From Candidatus Heimdallarchaeota archaeon B3_Heim (lineage in GTDB: Archaea > Asgardarchaeota > Heimdallarchaeia > Hodarchaeales > Hodarchaeaceae): a stretch of DNA of 32,000 bases. Under the pieces are notes generated by a model. It was not told where the DNA came from, made no database searches, and saw only the letters and a list, made by a program, of their open reading frames with translations. Made by a program: the position numbers and the translations under genes. Location of the stretch: positions 30,001 to 62,000 of the forward strand of contig NJBF01000025.1 in NCBI GenBank assembly GCA_003144275.1, written 5' to 3'. This document shows, in pieces, positions 1 through 9,235 of the stretch; position 1 is the stretch's first letter, and each line of letters opens with the position of its first letter.

Positions 1-408
1 ACAAATAAATCGCAAACAGGTCTCACATTGAAAGTGGAGATCAAAAACAGAGTGTTCAGTTTGATCTATCTGACAATGGTAAGTATCCTCTCTTAGGACG
101 AGAATTTGTTCGCTAGTGACGGGGTCTTTCTCAATGATACCATCAATCAGTCGTTGAGCCGTAAATTCTTGAATAATAAAAACTATATCATTTTCTGATA
201 GCTTGGTCTCCTTAGCGACTTCTGCAATCGCAATTCGTCCATCATGTAATTTACTGAGTCGTGAAATCGTAGCAAAGGTTCGTTTAATAGGATGAGAGGA
301 GATTTTGTACTCTTTTTCGTAAGCCTGAAAGTGATTTACCTCAGAGTTTACAATTCGTGACACTGAAGCTTTTATTCGATCGGAAAAGCTTTGATTGGAT
401 GGATTCAT
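1..408 (-). CDS. Partial gene (runs off the left edge): PCI-like winged-helix segment followed by a Cys/His putative zinc-binding motif
   Basis: Not in the ORF track; translated by hand. ATG at 408, an in-frame TAA two codons upstream, open to position 1: MNPSNQSFSDRIKAS...HDGRIAIAEVAKETKLSENDIVFIIQEFTAQRLIDGIIEKD...YHCQIDQTEHSVFDLHFQCETCLRFIC. The domain call is by pattern only. Confidence 0.75.
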   Translation of the reverse strand, partial: MNPSNQSFSDRIKASVSRIVNSEVNHFQAYEKEYKISSHPIKRTFATISRLSKLHDGRIAIAEVAKETKLSENDIVFIIQEFTAQRLIDGIIEKDPVTSEQILVLREDTYHCQIDQTEHSVFDLHFQCETCLRFIC

Positions 409-711
409 AGCTTATCTAAATCAGACATTTAATCAATATTTAAGAATTGTTTTTCTGGAAAAGAACAAGCCAAGAGAGCGATCTCTCGATGCTGTATTTA
501 CTTTAGAGATATTAATCCAATCATTTCAGAACGACACAACAATAGCTTTACTAAAAAATTAAATCGAAGTTGAATTTCTCTGTAATGTATTGCCCTAGGT
601 GCTCGAATAGCGCGTCCAAAGTTAAAATGAAGGCGTCTAAAAGATCATTTCATAAAAAAACTAAATTTCTATGTACTAAATGTGGTTTAATCAAAATGAA
701 ACCTCATTGAC

Positions 712-1665
712 TTGGTGAAAATCTTGGTCCTATCCCTTGGTGTATCCCTTAGTTTTTCTCGTTTTCTTTCACAGGAGAAAGCTCTCACTAAAATAGAGGA
801 AATTGAAAAAGTTAAATTAAATGCGGTGGAATTTGGTTTATTAAATTGTGCTATTGGACAAGCAGGATTTTCTGGAATAGTTCCCTTCCCTACAGAAAAA
901 CAAGCCAAATCTATTCTGAAATTGTTTGGTAAAAATAACTACTATTTTTCTGTACACGCGCCATATCGAATATCTGCTACAACAGAGGAAAAATCGAAAT
1001 TAAAGTACTCAAAATCAAATCTTTCAGCTACTCTGAAGGTGACAGATTGGCTTGGGGGTCATCATGTAACTTTTCATGCAGGTTCATTTAAGAAAAAGCA
1101 CAATAATAAACATGTAGACAAAGTTCTCAGAAGCTGGGAGAAATGGAGGCAAGATAAAGGTTATAATGCCATTTTAGCTCCAGAAGTGGGTGGTAAATAC
1201 AATAGTTTTGCTGATTTTTTCACTTTAGTGGAAATAACTGGGGGAATTGATAATTGTCTGATGACTTGGGATATAAGTCATGATTTTGCACGTGGAGGCA
1301 AAATAATCGATGAAAAAGGTATATTGACCAGATTGGAAAAGTTAGATGAGGCCTTTGATCTCAATCCTTCGAATCGTTTACCTATGCATTTTTCAGGGAT
1401 GGTTGTTGGTAAAACTGGGGAAAAACATCATACACTACTTGGAAAGGGAAATGGCGTACCATGGGAATTAGTTCTTTCTGTTTTGAAAGAGCAAAACTTT
1501 CTGTCGAAAGTTAATCTGATTTGTGAGAGCAAGGTACCAAAAGGAGAGAAAATGAGTGGTAATGCTATTTCTGATACGCTTAAGGCAAGACGATTTTTAG
1601 AATCGGATCAGATAGTGAAAAAATACAAGGGAAAACCAGGAAATTTGAATTATTATTTCACTTGA
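712..1665 (+). CDS. Endonuclease IV-like / AP endonuclease family 2 TIM-barrel metalloenzyme
   Basis: Ordered metal-ligand motifs typical of the Nfo-like fold: SVHAPY, VTFHAG, APEVGGK, WDISHDFARG, PMHFSG, GEKHH, ICES. TTG start is uncertain. Confidence 0.8.
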   Translation: MVKILVLSLGVSLSFSRFLSQEKALTKIEEIEKVKLNAVEFGLLNCAIGQAGFSGIVPFPTEKQAKSILKLFGKNNYYFSVHAPYRISATTEEKSKLKYSKSNLSATLKVTDWLGGHHVTFHAGSFKKKHNNKHVDKVLRSWEKWRQDKGYNAILAPEVGGKYNSFADFFTLVEITGGIDNCLMTWDISHDFARGGKIIDEKGILTRLEKLDEAFDLNPSNRLPMHFSGMVVGKTGEKHHTLLGKGNGVPWELVLSVLKEQNFLSKVNLICESKVPKGEKMSGNAISDTLKARRFLESDQIVKKYKGKPGNLNYYFT

Positions 1666-1953
1666 TTCCACCAGAAAGGCGATGGAAATATCGTATTCAG
1701 TCTCAATTTTTTGGTTGTAAGAAATAGTAGAGGAAAGAAAACCCTAGAAACGATTACCAGCAAAGCAGTGAAAATTAATCATGTTGTTTCTTTTCTGGTG
1801 ATGTTAAATTTTTTCACAATAGGTACCGATCTAAATAATCTTATTAGAAGAAATATGAATTATTTGCGAAAAACTACGAAATCTTTGAATTTATTTGGTA
1901 TTTTTAATTTTACCCACGCTGATAAGTATATAATGCAATGAATACGGAATGTA

Positions 1954-3153
1954 GTGAGAATGGCTATAATAAAAATTCCAAAAGAAAGATTTGAGAAACG
2001 TCAGAATCAATTCCTACAAATCATAAAAGGAAAAGGGTTATCTCATTTTATAGTGGTGAACCCCAAGTCTATCTACTATTTAACAGGTTTTTCAATGATT
2101 CCAACTGAAAGGCCTTTTATGTTGATATTCAAAAACGAGGAAATTAATTTTTTCGTCCCTGAATTAGAAAAAATTCATGTCGAAGAAGAAGTACCACAAG
2201 CAAAAGAAGTAGGGAGCTATTTTGAATATCCCGATGAAATCCATCCTTTAACGTATTTCTCTAAATTTATTAAAAACAGGCTTAAGATCAAAGACAAGAT
2301 CGGTGCAGAAGGTCGTGGCGCTCGTGGTAAATGGGGGTATCAAGGGCCTCCATTTGAGGCAGTATTAAAGATATCCCTTCCCATATACTCAGAGCTGATT
2401 ACAGAAATGCGAATACTAAAAGATCCTGATGAGATTGCTTGTATTCGTGAAAGTGCTCGGTGGGGTGCAAAAGCCCATGAACTTCTTCAAAAATACACAC
2501 GCGAGGGGGAAAATGAAATTGATGTGGCCTTTCAAGCTTCACATGATGCTTCTAAGCTCATGCGGAAAGAACTAGGTTTCGAATATGCTCCTATCGGTTA
2601 CGGATCTCAACCATGTGGTGCAGGCTATCGGGGACAAATTGGGTCCTATAGTGCGATTCCTCATTCAATGACTCGAAACGCTGTTTTCCAAAGAGGTGAT
2701 ACACTCGTTACAGGAGCAAGTGCTAATATTGCTGGCTATCTGTCAGAGTTAGAACGTACTATGTTTGTAGGTGAACCGACCGAGAAGTAAAAAGGATATT
2801 TTTCTATAATGCTGAAAGCTCAACAAGTTGCTTTCAATACCTTAAAGCCAGCAATTCCTGTATCAGAAGTAGATCAGGCCTGTCGTAAAGTCTTTAAAGA
2901 ATGTGGGGTGATGAATCTTGTCCAGCATCATACGGGTCATGCCATTGGATTAGAAGGTCATGAACGACCTTTTCTAGATATAGGTATGAATAATATAATA
3001 ATGAAACCAGGAATGGTATTTACAGTGGAACCTGGTATCTACGAACGATCGATAGGTGGATTCCGACATTCTGATACCGTCATCATTACTGATGAAGGGA
3101 TGGAACGGATAACATTGTATCCCCGAAACATTGAGAGCTTGATTGTGGATTGA
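1954..3153 (+). pseudogene. M24 family (Xaa-Pro peptidase/creatinase fold) gene interrupted by one in-frame TAA at 2788-2790 (true nonsense allele or sequence error)
   Basis: ORFs 1954..2790 and 2809..3153 are in the same frame, and the join reads PTEK*KGYFSIMLKAQQ. N-terminal creatinase-like domain (VVNPKSIYYLTGF). C-terminal motifs SELERT, HHTGHAIGLEGHERP, TVEPGIY, GGFRHSDTVIIT. Confidence 0.85.
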
Positions 3154-3159
3154 AGGTGA
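3154..3159 (+). promoter_or_regulatory. Shine-Dalgarno-like AGGTGA upstream of the GTG at 3164
   Basis: AGGTGA lies 4 nt before an in-frame GTG of the TPR gene. The same GGTGA core precedes several other starts in the window. Confidence 0.5.
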
Positions 3160-3163
3160 GTTC

Positions 3164-3535
3164 GTGTCAGATAAACTACAAGAAGGAATCGAATTAATAC
3201 ACCAGGTTGAGAATGAGAAAGCAATTGAAATTTTTAAAAAAGTGGTAGATGTCGACCCTCAAAATCCAGAGGTATATCGCCATCTTGGTTTAGCATATTT
3301 CAATATTGGGAAGTATTCAAAAGCCCTGGAAAGTTGGAATCGATGTTTAGATCTTGACCCCCAACATCATCAAACTTGGTGGAACCTTGGGCAACTTCAT
3401 GAAGTTTTAGGTGATTTTGAAAAAGCCTCTTTCTCTTACTCGAAAGCTGCAACAGCAGCTCATGACGTCCAATCGAAAGCATCGAGATACGAAGAATGGG
3501 CAAAGAAAACAAAGAGAAAAATAGGAAAAACATAG
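3164..3535 (+). CDS. Tetratricopeptide repeat (TPR) protein
   Basis: TPR consensus repeats: AIEIFKKVVDVDPQNPEVYRHLGLAYFNIGKYSKALESWNRCLDLDPQHHQTWWNLGQLHEVLG. Start moved from the track's 3143 to the GTG at 3164 because of the SD motif. Confidence 0.9.
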   Translation: MSDKLQEGIELIHQVENEKAIEIFKKVVDVDPQNPEVYRHLGLAYFNIGKYSKALESWNRCLDLDPQHHQTWWNLGQLHEVLGDFEKASFSYSKAATAAHDVQSKASRYEEWAKKTKRKIGKT

Positions 3536-3620
3536 AAATTAAGAATTACACCATGAACTCTATTTCGTTAATCCTTAAAAGATGGAAGATAGAACTCAAA
3601 TAAAAGCGAGCTAAAAAAGA

Positions 3621-4139
3621 ATGACGGCACAAAAAATAAAGCAGCAAATCGTTGAAATCATTAAAGTGCTCCGAACATATGGCCATTGGATGCTTGAGGA
3701 CCTCATAAAAGAGGATCTCCTATGGCAACCTGAAAATACAAATGCTCGTACAATTCAGAGTTTCTTCCGGCATATCATTAATGCTGAAATTTTTTGGTTA
3801 AAACATTTGGAAGATGAGACTTATTCATATGAACCAAAATCTAGTGACTTTCAAAAACTTTTACTTACTTTTGATGAGCTGGAAAAACACTTCATTACAT
3901 GTATTCAGAATTCTAAAGATTCAGATCTCGAATTTCATACGCCTAAGTACGAAGGAGAGGAGCTGATGACACCAGGTACTTTGAGTTGGGTTATTTTAAG
4001 AACTTCTTTGCATGCTGTCCATCATTTTGGACAAATTGCCCATATTAGATATTCTATGGATAAACCTCCCAATAAGGAAACTCGAAAAATTTCTTGGGGC
4101 GGTACGATGGATATTATTGTCAAAGCTATGCTGCTTTAA
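3621..4139 (+). CDS. DinB/YfiT-like superfamily protein
   Basis: FFRHIINAEIFWL and LHAVHHFGQIAHIR match the His-triad four-helix DinB pattern; 172 aa. Confidence 0.85.
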   Translation: MTAQKIKQQIVEIIKVLRTYGHWMLEDLIKEDLLWQPENTNARTIQSFFRHIINAEIFWLKHLEDETYSYEPKSSDFQKLLLTFDELEKHFITCIQNSKDSDLEFHTPKYEGEELMTPGTLSWVILRTSLHAVHHFGQIAHIRYSMDKPPNKETRKISWGGTMDIIVKAMLL

Positions 4140-4163
4140 AAAAATCGAAGAAAGAGATGTTTT

Positions 4164-5327
4164 TTATTTATAACATCCAATATATCTAGCAATTACTAAA
4201 CGTTGAATCTCACTAGTCCCTTCACCGATTTCTAGCAATTTCTGGTCACGATAGAACCGTTCAACAGGATATTCTTTCATAAGTCCATAGCCACCATGAA
4301 TTTGGACTGCGTGATTCACTATTCGATTAGCTACCTCCGAACAGTACAATTTTGACATAGCAGCATACTTTTTATATTCAGCACGTCCTTGATCATATAA
4401 CCAGGTTGCTTTATACAGTAAATTTCGTGCTGCTTCAATCTCTGTTGCCATATCGGCTAGTTTAAAAGCATTCGCTTGAAAAGTTGCTATCTTCCGACCA
4501 AAAGCTGTGCGTTGTCGGGCATATTCTAGGGCAAGCTCATAAGCTCCTACCGCACAACCCAATCCCATTGCAGCAATGCTTAACCGTCCTTTGTCAAGTG
4601 TATCCAACATCTGATGGAATCCTTCTCCACGTTTGCCAAGCATTTGACTTTCGGGTACTTTACACTTCGTGAAAAATAGTTCTGATGTGATAGAAGCTCT
4701 CCACATCATTTTTCGATGCATTTCAGTTGCTTCAAATCCTTCAGTTCCTTGATCAACTAGGAAACACGTGTATTCCTTCTTTCCATCAGGACGTGAACCT
4801 GTTATGGTTTGTACAGTAACACCTAGCGAGGCTGGAGATGAACCATTTGTAATGAAGTTCTTACTTCCGTTGATTACCCATAAATCTCCCTCTTTCACTG
4901 CTTTCGTCTTGGAAGCCCCTGCATCAGACCCTGCTTCAGGTTCTGTAAGTCCAAACCCCCATAATTTTTCTCCGGTAGTCAACTGTGGTAAATATTTCTC
5001 TTTTTGTTCGTTTGATCCAAAATAATAAATCGGACCGATTCCTAATGAGTTATGGGCTGCGATAGTAGCCGCTTGTGAACCATCAATTCGAGCTAGCTCT
5101 TCTACAGCGATGATATAGGATAGATAGGAAAGATCAGAACCTCCATACTCTTCTGGTAAATATACTCCAAGTAACCCTAAATCACCCATTTTCTTTGTTA
5201 GCGAGGGAGAAAATTCTTCTCGTTCATCAAGATCGCCAGCAATTGGAGCAATTTCCTTTTCAGCAAAATCTCGAACTGCTTGACGCATCATACTTGCTTC
5301 TTCAGGTAAATCGAATGAAAGTGTCAT
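4164..5327 (-). CDS. Acyl-CoA dehydrogenase (short/branched-chain type)
   Basis: FGLTEPEAGSDA, INGSKNFITNG, GRLSIAA, AVQIHGGYG and catalytic-Glu motif IGEGTSEIQR; 387 aa. Confidence 0.97.
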   Translation of the reverse strand: MTLSFDLPEEASMMRQAVRDFAEKEIAPIAGDLDEREEFSPSLTKKMGDLGLLGVYLPEEYGGSDLSYLSYIIAVEELARIDGSQAATIAAHNSLGIGPIYYFGSNEQKEKYLPQLTTGEKLWGFGLTEPEAGSDAGASKTKAVKEGDLWVINGSKNFITNGSSPASLGVTVQTITGSRPDGKKEYTCFLVDQGTEGFEATEMHRKMMWRASITSELFFTKCKVPESQMLGKRGEGFHQMLDTLDKGRLSIAAMGLGCAVGAYELALEYARQRTAFGRKIATFQANAFKLADMATEIEAARNLLYKATWLYDQGRAEYKKYAAMSKLYCSEVANRIVNHAVQIHGGYGLMKEYPVERFYRDQKLLEIGEGTSEIQRLVIARYIGCYK

Positions 5328-5334
5328 TTCTTTG

Positions 5335-5340
5335 TCACCT
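5335..5340 (-). promoter_or_regulatory. Shine-Dalgarno-like AGGTGA for the acyl-CoA dehydrogenase
   Basis: The minus strand reads AGGTGAcaaagaaATG, with the ATG at 5327. Confidence 0.55.
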
Positions 5341-5690
5341 AGGATGATTTACTATTAGTAGAAGAGAGTTACTTAAATACTTTGATGAGACCCTTAAGAG
5401 AGATTTACATTGAATTGGTTTTTATGGGCATAGATACAAAAAATTACTGACTAAGAACTATTTTCTATTCATTTCAAGTAATTGCCTGATAAGCAATACT
5501 TTGGTCAGAATTCTGAGTGAACTTGATTGATATAGTTTAAATACTTAGGTAAAGTCTATCGAAGTGTATAAATATGGAGAAATGAGAAAAACTAAAAAGA
5601 TATTTCAATATTCACTGATACAGAAAATTGTTATAAGACTGATTTTAAAGAAAAGATCCCCCTTGTTTGATTTGTTTTTGAGGTTTATAC

Positions 5691-8006
5691 ATGGCTTCTG
5701 AGAGTTCTAAATCACTAGTAATTATTTCAGTAGGTGTAGAACACTCACCCTTATTACAGAATTTTCTTGATGCTGGATTGCAATTAACAATTTTGCCGAA
5801 TACCACAGGCGATTTTAGTTTAACTGATGATAACGGGAGTGAAAAGGGAAATGACATCTGGTATCATCATGAAATCATTAAATTAGCGAGTTCAATAGTA
5901 CCTGATGATTTTGCCCAAAGCTCACTTGCCAAAATCTTTACCAAACCAATTTCACAAACGCGTTTACCACTCACTGATGCGGAGAGATTCTTAATTCAGT
6001 GGGTATCTGAGCAACATAAAGCTAAACAAGATTTTACAGATTTTTTTGTTGCTCTAAATGAATACTCTAATAAAAAAATCTCCGTTCATCCTTTAAAGCT
6101 TCCAGAGAATGCACTCGCGTTACAAGGGGAAGATTTTGATATTCCATTAAGATATTTTCAGGTAACCGGTTTTATTGATAGAAAAGCGGAAATTAAACCA
6201 GATTTAGATGAACTGAGAAATCTTCTAAACGAAACAAAAGAGAGTAAGAGTAATAAGAAGGCTAAACCAAAAATAGCAATCAAAGGACTTGATATTAAAC
6301 GAGACATATTAGGAGAGCAAGCAAAGAAAGCGCTTACTGAAGCAGATGCTATTCTGATACTGGCTAGTGACCCGTGCTCTCTGGGAATCCTATTATTACA
6401 TAAAGAATTTACTCGTGTCGTTCGTGAATCTAAAGCTCCATCAACTCTTGTTTGTCCTATTAAGTTCTCATTTCGCGAACAATTTATTCTAGAATTACTT
6501 TCCATCAAACCTAGCTTGATAGGTATAGCAGAGCTATGCTCAGGCATTATTGATCATTTAGTGGTGGGGCCTGATGATGCTAGTGAAGTTAAAACTTTGA
6601 GGACTCAAGGCTTTAATGTATTAATGGAAGATTTAACAAAAATAAAAGATGCCCAAGGTTTATCCACCATTTTAAAAGGCTTAGGAATTTCACTTAATGA
6701 TATTTCAGTTGAAAGTGAAGACCAAGGTAAAAAACGTAGTTTAGAAGAATTGGTTACCAAATTAACCTATTCAACAACAGATAACTCAACTTCTGACATT
6801 GTAGACATCGTAGAAGAAGCTGAAACTACTGTAGAACTAGCTGGCAATCAGGTCACACGACAAAAGAAACCAAAACCAGTTATTAAATTACAAGATACAG
6901 AGACACGTAATTATGATTTTGAAGATCCTGAGTTGGTCTTAACCCAAGAAATGATTGAAACATTGATGGAGGAATTGACTGAAGACTTTACTCCACCTGA
7001 TGACAAATTATCTACAACACCAGCCGAAAAGACTGAAGAAAAAATAACAGAAGAAAGTCAAGAGGCATTTACTGAAACCATTGAGAATTTTCTTAGTTTT
7101 GAAGAGTCATCCAATCGAACAGAGATGGTTCAAAAAATTGGCGAGAGAATTACTAAGAATGCAGATATGGCTGGATATGCAGCAAAGAAATTAACAAGTA
7201 CCTTAATTTCATCAAAGACACCTCCCCAGTTTTTCGAAGAATATGTTTCACTGATTAAAACAAGACCTCTTTTATTCATCAAGGAATTAGTAGATTGGTT
7301 AGTAGCGGATATAGAAACACCTGATTATGTCACATTTTCCCAAAAATCGTTGATTATTGTTAAAATTGGTAGAATTGAAACCCCCTTTGTAGAGCAAATT
7401 CTCGAACATCTAGTTAAATTTCGTATGACCCAAAAGATTAGTCCAAAAAAGAAGGAACATCTTAGAACTATTATCGGGATGATTACTGCTCGTGATGTGA
7501 CTTTACAGCGCAAAGCAATTCGTGAGTACCTAACTCATTATGAAATAGCAAAGAAACCTGATGATGTATGGCTTGGGCTACTAAAATACGATGCTGCATT
7601 AGTAGCATTAGAAATAATTGAACACGAGTCGAAAAGGGGAGTAAAAATTGTTCAAGATGCCCTTACACGTGATTTAGGGAGTTTTGGACATATTGTATAC
7701 GAAGTGTTCGCCGCCTACCAGAAAGGTGATATTGAAAGTGTTTTATCCGCCGCTGGTCCTTTATCAGATGGATTAGTTCGCAAGCAGAAACGAGTAGAAC
7801 TCGCAGAAAAAATTACAAAGTTTGGGAGTGTGCCAATCGAAATCCTGGCTAACAATGTCCAAATCGATCCTAAGGAGCTCGAGTCTCTTGTTTATGAGAT
7901 GATTAATGAAAATGAGATTAATGCGAAAATTGGAGTTGTGGAAGGGCGTCTGTGCATTATTCAATTAGGGGAGAAGGAGAATAATGATCAAACAAATAAC
8001 GGTTAA
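5691..8006 (+). CDS. Uncharacterised multidomain protein: degenerate CofD/UPF0052-like N-terminal domain, acidic linker, helical region, C-terminal PCI-like winged helix
   Basis: 771 aa ORF. N-terminal segments LVIISVGV...LTILPNTTGDF, KALTEADAILILASDPCSL and IIDHLVVGPDDA parallel CofD motifs. The C-terminus SVPIEILANNVQIDPKELESLVYEMINENEINAKI matches the PCI winged-helix pattern. Confidence applies to the CDS; the domain calls are weaker. Confidence 0.8.
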   Translation: MASESSKSLVIISVGVEHSPLLQNFLDAGLQLTILPNTTGDFSLTDDNGSEKGNDIWYHHEIIKLASSIVPDDFAQSSLAKIFTKPISQTRLPLTDAERFLIQWVSEQHKAKQDFTDFFVALNEYSNKKISVHPLKLPENALALQGEDFDIPLRYFQVTGFIDRKAEIKPDLDELRNLLNETKESKSNKKAKPKIAIKGLDIKRDILGEQAKKALTEADAILILASDPCSLGILLLHKEFTRVVRESKAPSTLVCPIKFSFREQFILELLSIKPSLIGIAELCSGIIDHLVVGPDDASEVKTLRTQGFNVLMEDLTKIKDAQGLSTILKGLGISLNDISVESEDQGKKRSLEELVTKLTYSTTDNSTSDIVDIVEEAETTVELAGNQVTRQKKPKPVIKLQDTETRNYDFEDPELVLTQEMIETLMEELTEDFTPPDDKLSTTPAEKTEEKITEESQEAFTETIENFLSFEESSNRTEMVQKIGERITKNADMAGYAAKKLTSTLISSKTPPQFFEEYVSLIKTRPLLFIKELVDWLVADIETPDYVTFSQKSLIIVKIGRIETPFVEQILEHLVKFRMTQKISPKKKEHLRTIIGMITARDVTLQRKAIREYLTHYEIAKKPDDVWLGLLKYDAALVALEIIEHESKRGVKIVQDALTRDLGSFGHIVYEVFAAYQKGDIESVLSAAGPLSDGLVRKQKRVELAEKITKFGSVPIEILANNVQIDPKELESLVYEMINENEINAKIGVVEGRLCIIQLGEKENNDQTNNG

Positions 8007-8039
8007 ATCTTAATCTCACTCAATAGTTCTATTTTTTGT

Positions 8040-9044
8040 TTAAAAGACCCCAGCACTAATTAATATTGCAATGAGTAATAGAGTTACTATTACAATCCAG
8101 AGGACGTTCAGACGTCGCACTTTCGCAGATTGACGTTTAGATAAGCCCCGGCTCTTCACTCCAAAAATCCAAAAAACGCTTGTACACGAAAGAATAATGG
8201 CTAATATGTTTAATAGAAGTAAATTTGCAGCTTTCAAGGCCAGATCGAATTGGCCAATAGCTCCAAGAATTCCAATGGTTGCAGCAGGTGGACACAAAGA
8301 AGCAGCAATAGCTACACCGACAATAGATACATCTAATCCACGTGCAACAATTATCCCTGCAGCTAAACCTCCCAGTAATGCTAATGATATTGTCGGAATT
8401 GTGAGAGCTGTTCGGTTTAAAACTTCAGAATAAATCTGATTCCCTCCTAAATCGGTATCATGTATTTTTATAGCATCGACTTCATTGAAAACGTATCCTA
8501 TCAATGCCCCTAAACTAATTGTGGTAAAAATTCCAGTGAACTCGGAAAAAATTCCTTTTCTTACAAAAGACGTTGTTTCTAAACTTAATAATCCAAGTGA
8601 CGTTAATACTATTGGTCCTAGAAGCGGTGCAACTATCATACTAGCAATTATAACTACTACATCATTATTTAATAATCCGAAAGTCGCTAAAGCTGCCGCT
8701 AGTCCATTCATTAAGAGATAAGTGTACGAAAGGCCAGAAATCTTCCCCACATTTGCCAAGATCTCTTCTCGGTTTACTCCCGCGCTCTCAGGGAGACTAT
8801 TTTCACCTTTTTTACTCGAAATTAACAAAGACAAAGGTCTGACTACAATGTCACCATATGCGACCCCGACTCCCCTGGCTTTCAATTCTTCGATTAATAC
8901 ATTTGTTTGGTAATCTTCGATTCGAAGCTCATACCTAATTGTTTCACCAAAGTCGTAGGTCGTAGCCAAGATTGAGAATTCTTTTAAGAATTCGTCCATC
9001 AAGGTTTTTCGATCAGTAGGTAAAGTAACCTGAATTTCCTTCAC
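8040..9044 (-). CDS. DUF389 / TIGR00341 family membrane protein
   Basis: VVIIASMIVAPLLGPI and VGVAIAASLCPPAATIG are hallmark DUF389 motifs. Short soluble N-terminal domain, then about 7 hydrophobic segments. Confidence 0.9.
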   Translation of the reverse strand: MKEIQVTLPTDRKTLMDEFLKEFSILATTYDFGETIRYELRIEDYQTNVLIEELKARGVGVAYGDIVVRPLSLLISSKKGENSLPESAGVNREEILANVGKISGLSYTYLLMNGLAAALATFGLLNNDVVVIIASMIVAPLLGPIVLTSLGLLSLETTSFVRKGIFSEFTGIFTTISLGALIGYVFNEVDAIKIHDTDLGGNQIYSEVLNRTALTIPTISLALLGGLAAGIIVARGLDVSIVGVAIAASLCPPAATIGILGAIGQFDLALKAANLLLLNILAIILSCTSVFWIFGVKSRGLSKRQSAKVRRLNVLWIVIVTLLLIAILISAGVF

Positions 9045-9235
9045 TTTCGGGCCTCGAAGTTGATTATCTCATTGAGAATAAAAAAACTGAGTGAAGCGTA
9101 GAAATGAGCTTTATTAAACCCCAGATCCTTTCCCATAAGTGTGAAAATAATCTTTTTAATCTTCTGAAATCTTTCTCGGATCTATGTCCAGAATTTATAC
9201 TTGTGATTGTACATAATTAAGATTGATAGTGACAG

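Noticed and set aside
1711-1941. 76 aa ORF between the endonuclease and peptidase genes
   Set aside because: Weak non-ATG start, no SD, no motif, AT-rich composition like promoter DNA. Cannot be supported as a gene.
2788-2790. Stop-codon recoding (selenocysteine, pyrrolysine or alternative genetic code)
   Set aside because: Sec uses TGA and Pyl uses TAG. TAA terminates many intact genes here, and this is the only interrupted gene.
5373-5546. TTAAATACTT present twice (5373, 5537) in the divergent promoter region
   Set aside because: TATA-like AT-rich 10-mer, not distinguishable from promoter background.
5691-6700. Calling the 771 aa gene cofD and inferring F420 biosynthesis
   Set aside because: The Gly-rich loop and other conserved CofD residues are replaced, and no other cof genes are in the window.
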